64,000 nucleotides of DNA from Escherichia coli (lineage in GTDB: Bacteria; Pseudomonadota; Gammaproteobacteria; Enterobacterales; Enterobacteriaceae). The position numbers and the translations under genes were made by a program. The notes beneath the pieces are model-generated. The model made no database searches, was not told where the DNA came from, and saw only the letters and a program-made list of their open reading frames with translations. The DNA is taken from assembly GCF_002854065.1 (NCBI RefSeq), contig NZ_CP024147.1; one strand, 5' to 3'. Shown here one piece after another: positions 21,674 to 34,435 of this stretch; position 1 is the stretch's first letter; every line of letters starts with the position of its first letter.

Positions 21674-24600
21674 TTGAGCCAGGAATACACTGAAGACAAA
21701 GAAGTCACATTGACAAAGTTAAGTAGCGGCCGCCGCCTTCTGGAGGCGTTGCTGATCCTTATTGTCCTGTTTGCCGTCTGGTTGATGGCTGCCTTACTAA
21801 GCTTTAACCCTTCGGACCCCAGCTGGTCGCAAACGGCCTGGCATGAACCTATCCATAATTTAGGTGGGATGCCCGGTGCGTGGTTGGCAGATACGCTGTT
21901 CTTTATTTTTGGCGTGATGGCTTACACCATTCCCGTCATTATTGTCGGCGGTTGTTGGTTTGCCTGGCGTCATCAGTCCAGCGACGAATACATTGATTAT
22001 TTTGCCGTTTCGCTACGCATCATTGGCGTTTTGGCGCTCATCCTTACCTCCTGTGGTCTGGCGGCAATCAACGCTGACGATATCTGGTATTTTGCCTCCG
22101 GTGGCGTCATTGGCAGCTTACTAAGCACTACGCTACAACCACTGCTACACAGTAGCGGGGGAACTATTGCGCTGCTCTGCGTTTGGGCAGCGGGCCTGAC
22201 GTTGTTCACCGGTTGGTCATGGGTGACCATTGCTGAAAAACTCGGCGGCTGGATTTTAAACATTCTCACCTTCGCCAGTAATCGTACCCGTCGCGATGAT
22301 ACCTGGGTCGATGAAGATGAGTATGAAGACGACGAAGAGTATGAAGATGAAAATCACGGCAAACAGCATGAATCACGCCGTGCCCGTATTCTTCGCGGCG
22401 CGCTAGCGCGTCGTAAACGGTTGGCGGAAAAATTCATTAATCCGATGGGGCGGCAAACAGACGCTGCGTTGTTCTCCGGTAAGCGGATGGATGATGACGA
22501 AGAGATTACCTACACTGCACGCGGTGTGGCTGCCGACCCGGACGACGTCCTATTTTCGGGCAATCGTGCAACGCAGCCAGAATATGACGAATACGATCCA
22601 TTATTAAACGGTGCGCCAATTACCGAACCTGTCGCTGTAGCAGCTGCTGCTACCACGGCGACGCAAAGCTGGGCTGCACCGGTTGAACCTGTGACTCAGA
22701 CGCCACCTGTTGCCTCTGTTGATGTTCCACCTGCGCAACCTACAGTAGCCTGGCAGCCTGTACCGGGTCCACAAACGGGAGAGCCGGTTATTGCTCCTGC
22801 ACCGGAAGGTTACCCACAGCAGTCACAATATGCGCAGCCTGCAGTGCAATATAATGAGCCGCTGCAACAACCAGTACAGCCGCAGCAGCCGTATTATGCA
22901 CCTGCAGCTGAACAACCTGCGCAACAACCTTACTACGCTCCTGCGGCGGAACAACCTGTTCAGCAACCGTATTACGCAACTGCGCCGGAACAGCCTGCGC
23001 AACAGCCGTATTATGCCCCTGCGCCAGAACAACCGGTGGCAGGTAACGCCTGGCAAGCCGAAGAGCAGCAATCCACTTTTGCTCCACAGTCTACATACCA
23101 GACTGAGCAAACTTATCAGCAGCCAGCCGCTCAGGAGCCGTTGTACCAACAGCCGCAACCTGTTGAACAGCAGCCTGTTGTGGAGCCTGAACCCGTTGTA
23201 GAAGAGACAAAACCCGCGCGTCCGCCGCTTTACTACTTTGAAGAAGTGGAAGAGAAGCGAGCCCGTGAACGTGAACAACTTGCGGCCTGGTATCAACCGA
23301 TTCCAGAACCGGTTAAAGAACCAGAACCGATCAAATCTTCGCTGAAAGCACCTTCTGTTGCAGCAGTACCTCCAGTAGAAGCCGCTGCCGCTGTTTCTCC
23401 GCTGGCATCTGGCGTGAAAAAAGCGACACTGGCGACGGGGGCTGCCGCAACCGTTGCCGCGCCAGTCTTCAGTCTGGCAAATAGCGGTGGACCGCGTCCG
23501 CAGGTCAAAGAGGGGATTGGCCCGCAGTTGCCACGACCGAAACGTATCCGCGTGCCAACTCGTCGTGAATTGGCGTCTTACGGTATTAAACTGCCCTCAC
23601 AGCGTGCGGCGGAAGAAAAAGCCCGTGAAGCCCAGCGCAATCAGTACGATTCTGGCGATCAGTACAACGATGATGAAATCGATGCGATGCAGCAGGATGA
23701 ACTGGCACGTCAGTTCGCCCAGACACAGCAGCAACGCTATGGCGAACAGTATCAACATGATGTGCCCGTAAACGCAGAAGATGCAGATGCTGCGGCAGAG
23801 GCTGAACTGGCTCGTCAGTTTGCGCAAACTCAACAACAACGTTATTCCGGCGAACAACCGGCTGGGGCGAATCCGTTCTCGCTGGATGATTTTGAATTTT
23901 CGCCAATGAAAGCGTTGCTGGATGATGGTCCACACGAACCGTTGTTTACGCCAATTGTTGAACCTGTACAGCAGCCGCAACAACCGGTTGCACCGCAGCA
24001 GCAGTATCAGCAGCCACAACAGCCGGTTGCGCCACAGCAGCAATATCAGCAGCCGCAACAACCGGTTGCACCGCAGCAGCAATATCAGCAGCCGCAACAA
24101 CCGGTTGCACCGCAGCCGCAATATCAGCAGCCGCAACAGCCAGTTGCGCCGCAGCCGCAGTATCAGCAGCCACAACAATCGGCTGCACCACAGCAGCAAT
24201 ATCAGCAGCCGCAACAGCCAGTTGCGCCACAGCCGCAGGATACTCTGCTTCATCCGCTGTTGATGCGTAATGGCGACAGCCGTCCGTTGCATAAACCGAC
24301 GACGCCGCTGCCTTCTCTGGATTTGCTGACACCGCCGCCGAGCGAAGTGGAGCCGGTAGATACCTTTGCGCTTGAACAAATGGCTCGCCTGGTGGAAGCG
24401 CGTCTGGCTGATTTCCGTATTAAAGCCGATGTCGTCAATTACTCTCCGGGGCCGGTTATCACTCGCTTTGAACTTAACCTGGCACCGGGCGTAAAAGCGG
24501 CGCGCATTTCTAACTTGTCACGGGACCTTGCCCGTTCACTTTCGACGGTGGCGGTGCGTGTCGTTGAAGTTATTCCTGGCAAACCCTATGTAGGTCTGGA

Positions 24601-25780
24601 GTTACCGAATAAAAAACGACAAACCGTTTATCTGCGCGAAGTATTGGATAACGCCAAATTCCGCGATAATCCATCGCCATTAACCGTGGTGCTGGGTAAA
24701 GATATCGCCGGTGAGCCGGTGGTTGCCGATCTGGCGAAAATGCCGCACTTGTTGGTTGCGGGGACTACCGGTTCCGGTAAATCTGTCGGTGTGAACGCGA
24801 TGATCCTGAGCATGCTTTATAAAGCACAGCCAGAAGATGTGCGTTTCATCATGATCGACCCGAAAATGCTGGAGCTTTCGGTGTATGAAGGCATTCCGCA
24901 CCTGTTAACGGAAGTCGTTACTGATATGAAAGATGCCGCCAACGCGCTGCGCTGGTGTGTTAACGAGATGGAGCGTCGGTATAAACTGATGTCTGCGCTG
25001 GGTGTGCGTAATCTGGCGGGTTATAACGAAAAAATTGCTGAAGCCGATCGCATGATGCGTCCGATTCCAGACCCGTACTGGAAGCCGGGTGACAGTATGG
25101 ATGCCCAGCATCCGGTGCTGAAAAAAGAACCATACATTGTGGTGTTGGTTGACGAATTTGCCGACCTGATGATGACGGTAGGTAAAAAAGTGGAAGAGCT
25201 GATAGCACGTCTGGCGCAAAAAGCCCGTGCCGCGGGTATCCACCTCGTACTGGCAACTCAGCGTCCATCGGTTGATGTTATTACTGGTCTGATTAAAGCG
25301 AATATTCCGACCCGTATCGCCTTTACCGTATCCAGTAAGATTGACTCACGTACCATTCTTGATCAGGCTGGCGCGGAATCACTGCTGGGTATGGGGGATA
25401 TGCTCTACTCTGGGCCGAACTCCACGTTGCCGGTACGTGTCCATGGTGCTTTTGTTCGCGATCAGGAAGTTCATGCCGTGGTGCAGGACTGGAAAGCGCG
25501 TGGTCGCCCACAGTATGTTGATGGCATCACCTCCGACAGCGAAAGCGAAGGTGGTGCGGGTGGTTTCGATGGCGCTGAAGAACTGGATCCGTTGTTCGAT
25601 CAGGCGGTGCAGTTTGTCACTGAAAAACGCAAAGCGTCAATTTCTGGCGTACAGCGTCAGTTCCGCATTGGTTATAACCGTGCAGCGCGTATTATCGAAC
25701 AGATGGAAGCGCAGGGAATTGTCAGCGAACAGGGGCACAACGGTAATCGTGAAGTGCTGGCCCCACCGCCGTTTGACTAA
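21674..25780 (+). CDS. ftsK: DNA translocase FtsK (apparent TTG start; 1368 aa)
   Basis: N-terminal membrane domain ([11 protein letters not shown]..., first codon TTG), long Pro/Gln-rich linker with tandem repeats, C-terminal motor (GTTGSGKS Walker A, gamma domain). Confidence 0.93.
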   Translation: MSQEYTEDKEVTLTKLSSGRRLLEALLILIVLFAVWLMAALLSFNPSDPSWSQTAWHEPIHNLGGMPGAWLADTLFFIFGVMAYTIPVIIVGGCWFAWRHQSSDEYIDYFAVSLRIIGVLALILTSCGLAAINADDIWYFASGGVIGSLLSTTLQPLLHSSGGTIALLCVWAAGLTLFTGWSWVTIAEKLGGWILNILTFASNRTRRDDTWVDEDEYEDDEEYEDENHGKQHESRRARILRGALARRKRLAEKFINPMGRQTDAALFSGKRMDDDEEITYTARGVAADPDDVLFSGNRATQPEYDEYDPLLNGAPITEPVAVAAAATTATQSWAAPVEPVTQTPPVASVDVPPAQPTVAWQPVPGPQTGEPVIAPAPEGYPQQSQYAQPAVQYNEPLQQPVQPQQPYYAPAAEQPAQQPYYAPAAEQPVQQPYYATAPEQPAQQPYYAPAPEQPVAGNAWQAEEQQSTFAPQSTYQTEQTYQQPAAQEPLYQQPQPVEQQPVVEPEPVVEETKPARPPLYYFEEVEEKRAREREQLAAWYQPIPEPVKEPEPIKSSLKAPSVAAVPPVEAAAAVSPLASGVKKATLATGAAATVAAPVFSLANSGGPRPQVKEGIGPQLPRPKRIRVPTRRELASYGIKLPSQRAAEEKAREAQRNQYDSGDQYNDDEIDAMQQDELARQFAQTQQQRYGEQYQHDVPVNAEDADAAAEAELARQFAQTQQQRYSGEQPAGANPFSLDDFEFSPMKALLDDGPHEPLFTPIVEPVQQPQQPVAPQQQYQQPQQPVAPQQQYQQPQQPVAPQQQYQQPQQPVAPQPQYQQPQQPVAPQPQYQQPQQSAAPQQQYQQPQQPVAPQPQDTLLHPLLMRNGDSRPLHKPTTPLPSLDLLTPPPSEVEPVDTFALEQMARLVEARLADFRIKADVVNYSPGPVITRFELNLAPGVKAARISNLSRDLARSLSTVAVRVVEVIPGKPYVGLELPNKKRQTVYLREVLDNAKFRDNPSPLTVVLGKDIAGEPVVADLAKMPHLLVAGTTGSGKSVGVNAMILSMLYKAQPEDVRFIMIDPKMLELSVYEGIPHLLTEVVTDMKDAANALRWCVNEMERRYKLMSALGVRNLAGYNEKIAEADRMMRPIPDPYWKPGDSMDAQHPVLKKEPYIVVLVDEFADLMMTVGKKVEELIARLAQKARAAGIHLVLATQRPSVDVITGLIKANIPTRIAFTVSSKIDSRTILDQAGAESLLGMGDMLYSGPNSTLPVRVHGAFVRDQEVHAVVQDWKARGRPQYVDGITSDSESEGGAGGFDGAEELDPLFDQAVQFVTEKRKASISGVQRQFRIGYNRAARIIEQMEAQGIVSEQGHNGNREVLAPPPFD
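22889..23040 (+). repeat. in-frame 39-bp tandem repeats in ftsK linker ([13 protein letters not shown] x4)
   Basis: Four successive near-identical 13-aa units ([13 protein letters not shown] / [13 protein letters not shown] variants) readable in the ORF translation. Confidence 0.8.
23969..24238 (+). repeat. in-frame 39-bp tandem repeats in ftsK linker ([13 protein letters not shown] x7)
   Basis: Seven near-identical units of CAGCAGCCGCAACAACCGGTTGCACCGCAGCAGCAATAT and variants; protein [13 protein letters not shown] repeated. Confidence 0.85.
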
Positions 25781-25789
25781 TTAATGCAT

Positions 25790-25832
25790 TGCCGGATAAG
25801 GCGCGGTAGCGTCGCATCCGGCACTCTATCAA
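25790..25832. repeat. REP (repetitive extragenic palindromic) element downstream of ftsK
   Basis: TGCCGGATAAGGCGC...GCGTCGCATCCGGCA, the classic REP palindrome. Confidence 0.7.
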
Positions 25833-25934
25833 CTGAAAATTCAGTATTTTCTTCTTTCCTCAAGCTGATTATTAGCCTGGAATAGAGAGTAGAGGGAACT
25901 CCCGATCGGGAGTGACGTAATTTGAGGAATAATG

Positions 25935-26546
25935 ATGAAAAAAATTGCCATCACCTGTGCATTACTCTCAAGCTTAGTAGCAAGCAGCGTTTGGGCTGAT
26001 GCCGCAAGCGATCTGAAAAGCCGCCTGGATAAAGTCAGCAGCTTCCACGCCAGCTTCACACAAAAAGTGACTGACGGTAGCGGCGCGGCGGTGCAGGAAG
26101 GTCAGGGCGATCTGTGGGTGAAACGTCCAAACTTATTCAACTGGCATATGACACAACCTGATGAAAGCATTCTGGTTTCTGACGGTAAAACACTGTGGTT
26201 CTATAACCCGTTCGTTGAGCAAGCTACGGCAACCTGGCTGAAAGATGCCACCGGTAATACGCCGTTTATGCTGATTGCCCGCAACCAGTCCAGCGACTGG
26301 CAGCAGTACAATATCAAACAGAATGGCGATGACTTTGTCCTGACGCCGAAAGCCAGCAATGGCAATCTGAAGCAGTTCACCATTAACGTGGGACGTGATG
26401 GCACAATCCATCAGTTTAGCGCGGTGGAGCAGGACGATCAGCGCAGCAGTTATCAACTGAAATCCCAGCAAAATGGGGCTGTGGATGCAGCGAAATTTAC
26501 CTTCACCCCGCCGCAAGGCGTCACGGTAGATGATCAACGTAAGTAG
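25935..26546 (+). CDS. lolA: periplasmic lipoprotein chaperone LolA
   Basis: 203 aa from [45 protein letters not shown]; has a signal peptide. Confidence 0.93.
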
Positions 26547-26556
26547 AGGCACCTGA

Positions 26557-27900
26557 GTGAGCAATCTGTCGCTCGATTTTTCGGATAATACTTTTCAACC
26601 TCTGGCCGCGCGTATGCGGCCAGAAAATTTAGCACAGTATATCGGTCAGCAACATTTGCTGGCTGCGGGGAAGCCGTTGCCGCGCGCTATCGAAGCCGGG
26701 CATTTACATTCTATGATCCTCTGGGGGCCACCGGGTACCGGCAAAACAACCCTCGCTGAAGTGATTGCCCGCTATGCGAACGCTGATGTGGAACGTATTT
26801 CTGCCGTCACCTCTGGCGTGAAAGAGATTCGCGAGGCGATCGAGCGCGCCCGGCAAAACCGCAATGCAGGTCGCCGCACTATTCTTTTTGTTGACGAAGT
26901 TCACCGTTTCAACAAAAGCCAGCAGGATGCATTTCTGCCACATATTGAAGACGGCACCATCACTTTTATTGGCGCAACCACTGAAAACCCGTCGTTTGAG
27001 CTTAATTCGGCACTGCTTTCCCGTGCCCGTGTTTATCTGTTGAAATCCCTGAGTACAGAGGATATTGAGCAAGTACTAACTCAGGCGATGGAAGACAAAA
27101 CCCGTGGCTATGGTGGTCAGGATATTGTTCTGCCAGATGAAACACGACGTGCCATTGCAGAACTGGTGAATGGCGACGCGCGCCGGGCGTTAAATACGCT
27201 GGAAATGATGGCGGATATGGCCGAAGTCGATGATAGCGGTAAGCGGGTCCTGAAGCCTGAATTACTGACCGAAATCGCCGGTGAACGTAGCGCCCGCTTT
27301 GATAACAAAGGCGATCGCTTTTACGATCTGATTTCCGCACTGCATAAGTCGGTACGTGGTAGCGCACCCGATGCGGCGCTGTACTGGTATGCGCGAATTA
27401 TTACCGCTGGTGGCGATCCGTTATATGTCGCGCGTCGCTGTCTGGCGATTGCGTCTGAAGACGTCGGTAATGCCGATCCACGGGCGATGCAGGTGGCAAT
27501 TGCGGCCTGGGATTGCTTTACTCGCGTTGGCCCGGCGGAAGGTGAACGCGCCATTGCTCAGGCGATTGTTTACCTGGCCTGCGCGCCAAAAAGCAACGCT
27601 GTCTACACTGCGTTTAAAGCCGCGCTGGCCGATGCTCGCGAACGCCCGGATTATGACGTGCCGGTTCATTTGCGTAATGCGCCGACGAAATTAATGAAGG
27701 AAATGGGCTACGGGCAGGAATATCGTTACGCTCATGATGAAGCAAACGCTTATGCTGCCGGTGAGGTTTACTTCCCGCCGGAAATAGCACAAACACGCTA
27801 TTATTTCCCGACAAACAGGGGCCTTGAAGGCAAGATTGGCGAAAAGCTCGCCTGGCTGGCTGAACAGGATCAAAATAGCCCCATAAAACGCTACCGTTAA
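26557..27900 (+). CDS. rarA: replication-associated recombination protein A (AAA+ ATPase, MgsA/RarA)
   Basis: 447 aa; Walker [10 protein letters not shown], Walker B FVDEVHRF. Confidence 0.92.
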
Positions 27901-27969
27901 TGTTATCGTTGCGGTAATGTTGTTACTGTATCCCTGTGGTCGCAGGCTGTGGCCACATCTCCCATTTAA

Positions 27970-29283
<1,314 letters not shown>

Positions 29284-29303
29284 TACCCAATTTTTCTGAA
29301 TCT

Positions 29304-29329
29304 AAAAAGCGCCTGCGGGCGCTTTTTTT
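29304..29329 (+). terminator. serS rho-independent terminator
   Basis: AAAAAGCGCC-TGCG-GGCGCTTTTTTT. Confidence 0.75.
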
Positions 29330-29521
29330 GTCTCCCTTTGATACCGAACAATAATTACTCCTCACTTACACGTAATACTACTTTCGAGTGAAAATCTACC
29401 TATCTCTTTGATTTTCAAATTATTCGATGTATACAAGCCTATATAGCGAACTGCTATAGAAATAATTACACAATACGGTTTGTTACTGGAATCAATCGTG
29501 AGCAAGCTTGAGTGAGCCATT

Positions 29522-31966
29522 ATGAAAACGAAAATCCCTGATGCGGTATTGGCTGCTGAGGTGAGTCGCCGTGGTTTGGTAAAAACGACAGCGATCGGCG
29601 GCCTGGCAATGGCCAGCAGCGCATTAACATTACCTTTTAGTCGGATTGCGCACGCTGTCGATAGCGCCATTCCAACAAAATCAGACGAAAAGGTTATCTG
29701 GAGCGCCTGTACAGTTAACTGTGGTAGTCGCTGCCCGCTACGTATGCACGTCGTGGACGGTGAAATCAAATATGTCGAAACGGACAATACCGGCGATGAC
29801 AATTACGACGGCCTGCACCAGGTTCGCGCCTGCCTGCGTGGGCGTTCCATGCGTCGCCGTGTCTACAATCCGGACCGCCTGAAATATCCGATGAAACGAG
29901 TCGGGGCGCGCGGTGAAGGCAAATTCGAGCGCATTAGCTGGGAAGAAGCCTACGACATCATCGCGACCAATATGCAGCGCCTGATCAAAGAGTACGGCAA
30001 CGAATCCATCTATCTGAACTATGGCACCGGTACGCTGGGTGGCACCATGACCCGCTCCTGGCCGCCGGGAAATACCCTGGTCGCGCGGCTGATGAACTGC
30101 TGCGGCGGCTATCTGAACCATTACGGCGACTACTCCTCCGCGCAAATTGCGGAAGGTCTGAACTATACCTACGGCGGCTGGGCAGATGGCAACAGCCCGT
30201 CGGATATCGAAAACAGTAAGCTGGTAGTGCTGTTTGGTAATAACCCTGGCGAAACGCGAATGAGTGGCGGTGGGGTGACTTACTATCTTGAACAGGCACG
30301 CCAGAAATCTAATGCCCGCATGATCATCATCGATCCGCGCTATACCGACACCGGTGCCGGGCGCGAAGATGAGTGGATCCCTATTCGTCCGGGAACAGAT
30401 GCCGCACTGGTTAACGGTCTGGCGTACGTCATGATCACTGAAAACCTGGTGGATCAGGCATTCCTCGATAAATATTGCGTTGGCTACGATGAGAAAACCC
30501 TGCCAGCCAGTGCGCCGAAAAATGGCCACTATAAAGCTTATATTCTGGGTGAAGGGCCAGATGGCGTGGCTAAAACACCGGAATGGGCCTCGCAAATCAC
30601 CGGTGTTCCGGCAGACAAAATCATCAAACTGGCTCGTGAAATCGGCAGTACCAAACCGGCGTTTATCAGCCAGGGATGGGGCCCGCAGCGTCACGCTAAC
30701 GGTGAAATCGCAACCCGTGCTATCTCGATGCTGGCGATTCTGACCGGTAACGTTGGTATTAATGGAGGGAACAGCGGCGCGCGTGAAGGTTCATACAGTT
30801 TACCGTTTGTCCGTATGCCGACCTTGGAAAACCCGATCCAGACCAGCATTTCGATGTTTATGTGGACCGATGCCATTGAACGTGGCCCGGAAATGACGGC
30901 GCTACGTGATGGTGTGCGCGGGAAAGATAAGCTGGATGTGCCGATCAAAATGATCTGGAACTATGCCGGTAACTGCCTGATTAACCAGCATTCTGAAATC
31001 AACCGTACCCATGAAATCCTCCAGGATGATAAGAAGTGCGAGCTGATTGTGGTTATCGACTGCCACATGACTTCATCGGCGAAATATGCTGACATCCTGC
31101 TGCCTGACTGCACCGCTTCCGAACAGATGGACTTTGCGCTGGATGCATCCTGCGGGAATATGTCTTACGTGATTTTCAACGATCAGGTGATTAAACCGCG
31201 CTTTGAATGTAAGACCATCTATGAGATGACCAGCGAACTGGCAAAACGTCTTGGCGTTGAGCAACAGTTTACTGAAGGTCGTACACAGGAAGAGTGGATG
31301 CGGCATCTGTATGCCCAGTCGCGGGAAGCGATTCCTGAACTGCCAACGTTTGAAGAGTTCCGCAAGCAGGGGATCTTTAAAAAGCGCGACCCACAAGGGC
31401 ATCACGTTGCTTATAAAGCCTTCCGTGAAGATCCGCAGGCAAATCCACTGACCACGCCATCGGGTAAAATTGAGATTTATTCGCAGGCGCTGGCTGACAT
31501 TGCCGCTACTTGGGAATTGCCAGAAGGCGATGTGATCGATCCACTGCCGATCTACACGCCGGGCTTTGAAAGTTATCAGGATCCGCTGAACAAACAGTAT
31601 CCGCTGCAGCTTACAGGTTTCCACTATAAATCTCGCGTTCACTCAACTTACGGCAACGTTGATGTGCTGAAAGCGGCTTGCCGTCAGGAAATGTGGATCA
31701 ACCCGCTTGATGCCCAAAAACGCGGTATCCACAACGGCGATAAAGTCAGGATCTTTAACGATCGTGGTGAGGTTCATATTGAGGCGAAAGTGACGCCACG
31801 AATGATGCCGGGTGTGGTCGCACTGGGTGAAGGTGCCTGGTATGACCCGGATGCAAAACGTGTCGATAAGGGTGGTTGTATTAACGTACTGACCACTCAA
31901 CGTCCGTCTCCTCTCGCTAAGGGGAATCCGTCACATACAAACCTTGTTCAGGTTGAAAAGGTGTAA
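29522..31966 (+). CDS. dmsA: anaerobic DMSO reductase catalytic subunit A (molybdopterin, Tat-exported)
   Basis: 814 aa; twin-arginine signal (SRRGLVKTTAIGG), N-terminal Cys cluster (CTVNCGSRCPLR). Confidence 0.95.
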   Translation: MKTKIPDAVLAAEVSRRGLVKTTAIGGLAMASSALTLPFSRIAHAVDSAIPTKSDEKVIWSACTVNCGSRCPLRMHVVDGEIKYVETDNTGDDNYDGLHQVRACLRGRSMRRRVYNPDRLKYPMKRVGARGEGKFERISWEEAYDIIATNMQRLIKEYGNESIYLNYGTGTLGGTMTRSWPPGNTLVARLMNCCGGYLNHYGDYSSAQIAEGLNYTYGGWADGNSPSDIENSKLVVLFGNNPGETRMSGGGVTYYLEQARQKSNARMIIIDPRYTDTGAGREDEWIPIRPGTDAALVNGLAYVMITENLVDQAFLDKYCVGYDEKTLPASAPKNGHYKAYILGEGPDGVAKTPEWASQITGVPADKIIKLAREIGSTKPAFISQGWGPQRHANGEIATRAISMLAILTGNVGINGGNSGAREGSYSLPFVRMPTLENPIQTSISMFMWTDAIERGPEMTALRDGVRGKDKLDVPIKMIWNYAGNCLINQHSEINRTHEILQDDKKCELIVVIDCHMTSSAKYADILLPDCTASEQMDFALDASCGNMSYVIFNDQVIKPRFECKTIYEMTSELAKRLGVEQQFTEGRTQEEWMRHLYAQSREAIPELPTFEEFRKQGIFKKRDPQGHHVAYKAFREDPQANPLTTPSGKIEIYSQALADIAATWELPEGDVIDPLPIYTPGFESYQDPLNKQYPLQLTGFHYKSRVHSTYGNVDVLKAACRQEMWINPLDAQKRGIHNGDKVRIFNDRGEVHIEAKVTPRMMPGVVALGEGAWYDPDAKRVDKGGCINVLTTQRPSPLAKGNPSHTNLVQVEKV

Positions 31967-31976
31967 GGAGTAACCG

Positions 31977-32594
31977 ATGACAACCCAGTATGGATTTTTT
32001 ATTGATTCCAGCCGTTGCACCGGTTGCAAAACCTGCGAGCTGGCTTGTAAAGACTACAAAGATTTGACGCCAGAAGTCAGCTTCCGCCGCATTTATGAAT
32101 ATGCTGGTGGCGACTGGCAGGAAGATAACGGTGTCTGGCACCAGAACGTGTTTGCCTACTATCTGTCGATTTCGTGCAACCACTGCGAAGATCCGGCTTG
32201 TACTAAAGTCTGCCCGAGCGGTGCGATGCATAAACGTGAAGATGGTTTTGTTGTGGTCGATGAAGATGTGTGCATTGGCTGCCGCTACTGCCATATGGCT
32301 TGCCCGTATGGCGCACCGCAATATAACGAAACGAAAAGCCATATGACCAAATGCGATGGTTGTTATGACCGTGTTGCGGAGGGTAAAAAGCCGATCTGTG
32401 TTGAATCTTGTCCGCTGCGGGCGCTGGATTTCGGCCCTATCGACGAGCTGCGTAAAAAACATGGCGATCTGGCGGCCGTTGCGCCGTTGCCGCGAGCTCA
32501 CTTTACCAAACCGAATATTGTGATCAAACCCAATGCCAATAGCCGCCCGACCGGGGATACCACTGGCTATCTGGCAAACCCGAAGGAGGTGTGA
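31977..32594 (+). CDS. dmsB: DMSO reductase iron-sulfur subunit B
   Basis: 205 aa; four ferredoxin-like Cys motifs (CTGCKTCELAC, CNHCEDPAC, CIGCRYCHMAC, CDGCYDR...C). Confidence 0.95.
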   Translation: MTTQYGFFIDSSRCTGCKTCELACKDYKDLTPEVSFRRIYEYAGGDWQEDNGVWHQNVFAYYLSISCNHCEDPACTKVCPSGAMHKREDGFVVVDEDVCIGCRYCHMACPYGAPQYNETKSHMTKCDGCYDRVAEGKKPICVESCPLRALDFGPIDELRKKHGDLAAVAPLPRAHFTKPNIVIKPNANSRPTGDTTGYLANPKEV

Positions 32595-32595
32595 G

Positions 32596-33459
32596 ATGGG
32601 AAGTGGATGGCATGAATGGCCGCTGATGATCTTCACGGTCTTCGGGCAATGTGTGGCGGGTGGTTTTATCGTTCTGGCTTTGGCGCTGCTCAAAGGCGAC
32701 CTGCGAGCAGAAACCCAGCAGCGTGTTATCGCCTGCATGTTTGGCTTATGGGTGCTGATGGGCATTGGCTTTATCGCCTCTATGCTCCATCTTGGTTCAC
32801 CGATGCGCGCCTTTAACTCGCTCAACCGGGTAGGGGCTTCAGCACTCAGTAACGAAATCGCCAGCGGTTCGATCTTTTTTGCTGTAGGCGGCATCGGCTG
32901 GTTGCTGGCAATGCTGAAAAAGCTGTCACCGGCATTGCGTACGCTGTGGCTGGTAGTGACGATGGTTCTTGGCGTAGTCTTTGTCTGGATGATGGTGCGT
33001 GTCTATAACAGCATTGATACCGTTCCGACCTGGTACAGCATCTGGACGCCGATGGGCTTCTTCCTGACAATGTTTATGGGCGGCCCGTTACTGGGTTACC
33101 TGTTGCTGAGTCTGGCTGGCGTCGATGGCTGGGCGATGCGTCTGCTGCCAGCCATTTCTGTACTTGCACTGGTAGTGAGTGGCGTGATGTCAGTGATGCA
33201 GGGCGCAGAGCTGGCGACTATTCATAGTTCTGTGCAGCAGGCTGCAGCGCTGGTGCCGGACTATGGTGCGCTGATGTCCTGGCGGATCGTGCTTTTGGCC
33301 GTTGCCCTGTGCTTGTGGATTGCACCACAGCTAAAAGGTTATCAGCCTGCGGTTCCGCTACTATCCGTCTCATTCATTCTGCTTCTGGCAGGGGAATTAA
33401 TCGGTCGCGGCGTATTCTATGGTTTGCATATGACCGTGGGGATGGCCGTCGCAAGCTAA
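32596..33459 (+). CDS. dmsC: DMSO reductase membrane anchor subunit C
   Basis: 287 aa from MGSGWHEWPLMIFTVFGQCVAGGF; polytopic, hydrophobic. Confidence 0.92.
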   Translation: MGSGWHEWPLMIFTVFGQCVAGGFIVLALALLKGDLRAETQQRVIACMFGLWVLMGIGFIASMLHLGSPMRAFNSLNRVGASALSNEIASGSIFFAVGGIGWLLAMLKKLSPALRTLWLVVTMVLGVVFVWMMVRVYNSIDTVPTWYSIWTPMGFFLTMFMGGPLLGYLLLSLAGVDGWAMRLLPAISVLALVVSGVMSVMQGAELATIHSSVQQAAALVPDYGALMSWRIVLLAVALCLWIAPQLKGYQPAVPLLSVSFILLLAGELIGRGVFYGLHMTVGMAVAS

Positions 33460-33467
33460 TCAGTAAC

Positions 33468-33500
33468 AACCGGGGTTTCGGCCCCGGTTCTCTTTTATTT
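33468..33500. terminator. dmsC terminator (bidirectional with convergent ycaC)
   Basis: AACCGGGG-TTTCG-GCCCCGGTT hairpin followed by CTCTTTTATTT. Confidence 0.65.
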
Positions 33501-34121
33501 CTGCTTCGTTAACGTGTCATAACTGGTCATCAAATTACGATAATCAGGAATGTGGTTAGAGAACAACGTCGCCAGTCCTTCAATATCATTACGCCAGTCA
33601 CGGTGCAGCTCGCAAGCCACGCCGAACCATGTCATCAATTGCGCACCTGCTTGCGACATGCGATCCCATGCCGAATGCCGGGTAATTTCATTAAAGGTCC
33701 CTGACGCGTCAGTCACAACAAAGACATCAAACCCTTCTTCAATGGCTGAAAGCGCCGGGAATGCCACGCAAACTTCGGTTACCACACCGGCAATAATTAA
33801 CTGTTTTTTACCTGTCGCTTTGACTGCTTTTACAAAATCTTCGTTATCCCAGGCGTTAATATTGCCCGGGCGAGCAATGTAAGGTGCATCGGGGAATTGT
33901 GCTTTCAGTTCTGGAACTAATGGGCCGTTAGGACCGGTTTCAAAACTGGTGGTAAGAATAGTTGGTAAGTTGAAATACTTAGCCAGGTCACCCAGCGCCA
34001 GCACGTTATTTTTAAACTTATCGGGTTCGATATCCCGTACAAGGGAAAGTAAACCAGCCTGGTGATCAACAAGCAAAACGGCAGCATCATTTTTATCAAG
34101 ACGAACATACGGTTTGGTCAT
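33495..34121 (-). CDS. ycaC: isochorismatase-family hydrolase YcaC
   Basis: 208 aa, MTKPYVRLDKNDAAVLLVDHQAGLL...; cysteine-hydrolase fold motif. Confidence 0.88.
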   Translation of the reverse strand: MTKPYVRLDKNDAAVLLVDHQAGLLSLVRDIEPDKFKNNVLALGDLAKYFNLPTILTTSFETGPNGPLVPELKAQFPDAPYIARPGNINAWDNEDFVKAVKATGKKQLIIAGVVTEVCVAFPALSAIEEGFDVFVVTDASGTFNEITRHSAWDRMSQAGAQLMTWFGVACELHRDWRNDIEGLATLFSNHIPDYRNLMTSYDTLTKQK

Positions 34122-34435
34122 CCTCTTCTCCTTTCGAGAGTCAGTGGTACGTCTGAAATCGGTCAGACGCGATGCATTGCTCTGAAAGCTTAGACGGGAA
34201 ATATGAGTTTGCTGTGACCATGAAATTTTTCGACTGAACGAAGCGTATGAAATTTGTGTTAGATCAATAAAAACAATCAGATGAGATTAATCATCTCTTC
34301 AGTATTAGCGTTATGAATGAGTAATATAAATCGATAATACCGCCGTTGCGATATGCGCGTATTTTCACCCATTGACAATGTTTTTGGCGGTGGCATGATG
34401 CGCATGAAATTTGAACTTCCTCACGGTTTTAATTC

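Noticed and set aside
23969-24238. ftsK 39-bp tandem repeats considered as a possible CRISPR-like or minisatellite non-coding array
   Set aside because: The repeats are contiguous with no unique spacers, lie in-frame within ftsK, and encode the known Pro/Gln-rich linker.
22823-24379. Several minus-strand and alternative-frame ORFs (up to 260 aa) rich in R, L and Q inside the ftsK linker region
   Set aside because: These are translation artefacts of the 39-bp tandem repeats read in other frames; the sense frame is continuous with the FtsK membrane and motor domains.
29405-29422. TTGATTTTCAAAT as a possible FNR site upstream of dmsA
   Set aside because: It matches only one half-site well, and I could not place it reliably relative to a transcription start.
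29738-30694. 318-aa minus-strand ORF, with similar minus-strand ORFs at 31917..32894 (325 aa) and 49125..50264 (379 aa)
   Set aside because: They are antisense to dmsA, dmsB/dmsC and rpsA respectively, all of which are confidently identified. They have no RBS or recognisable domains and are treated as shadow ORFs.
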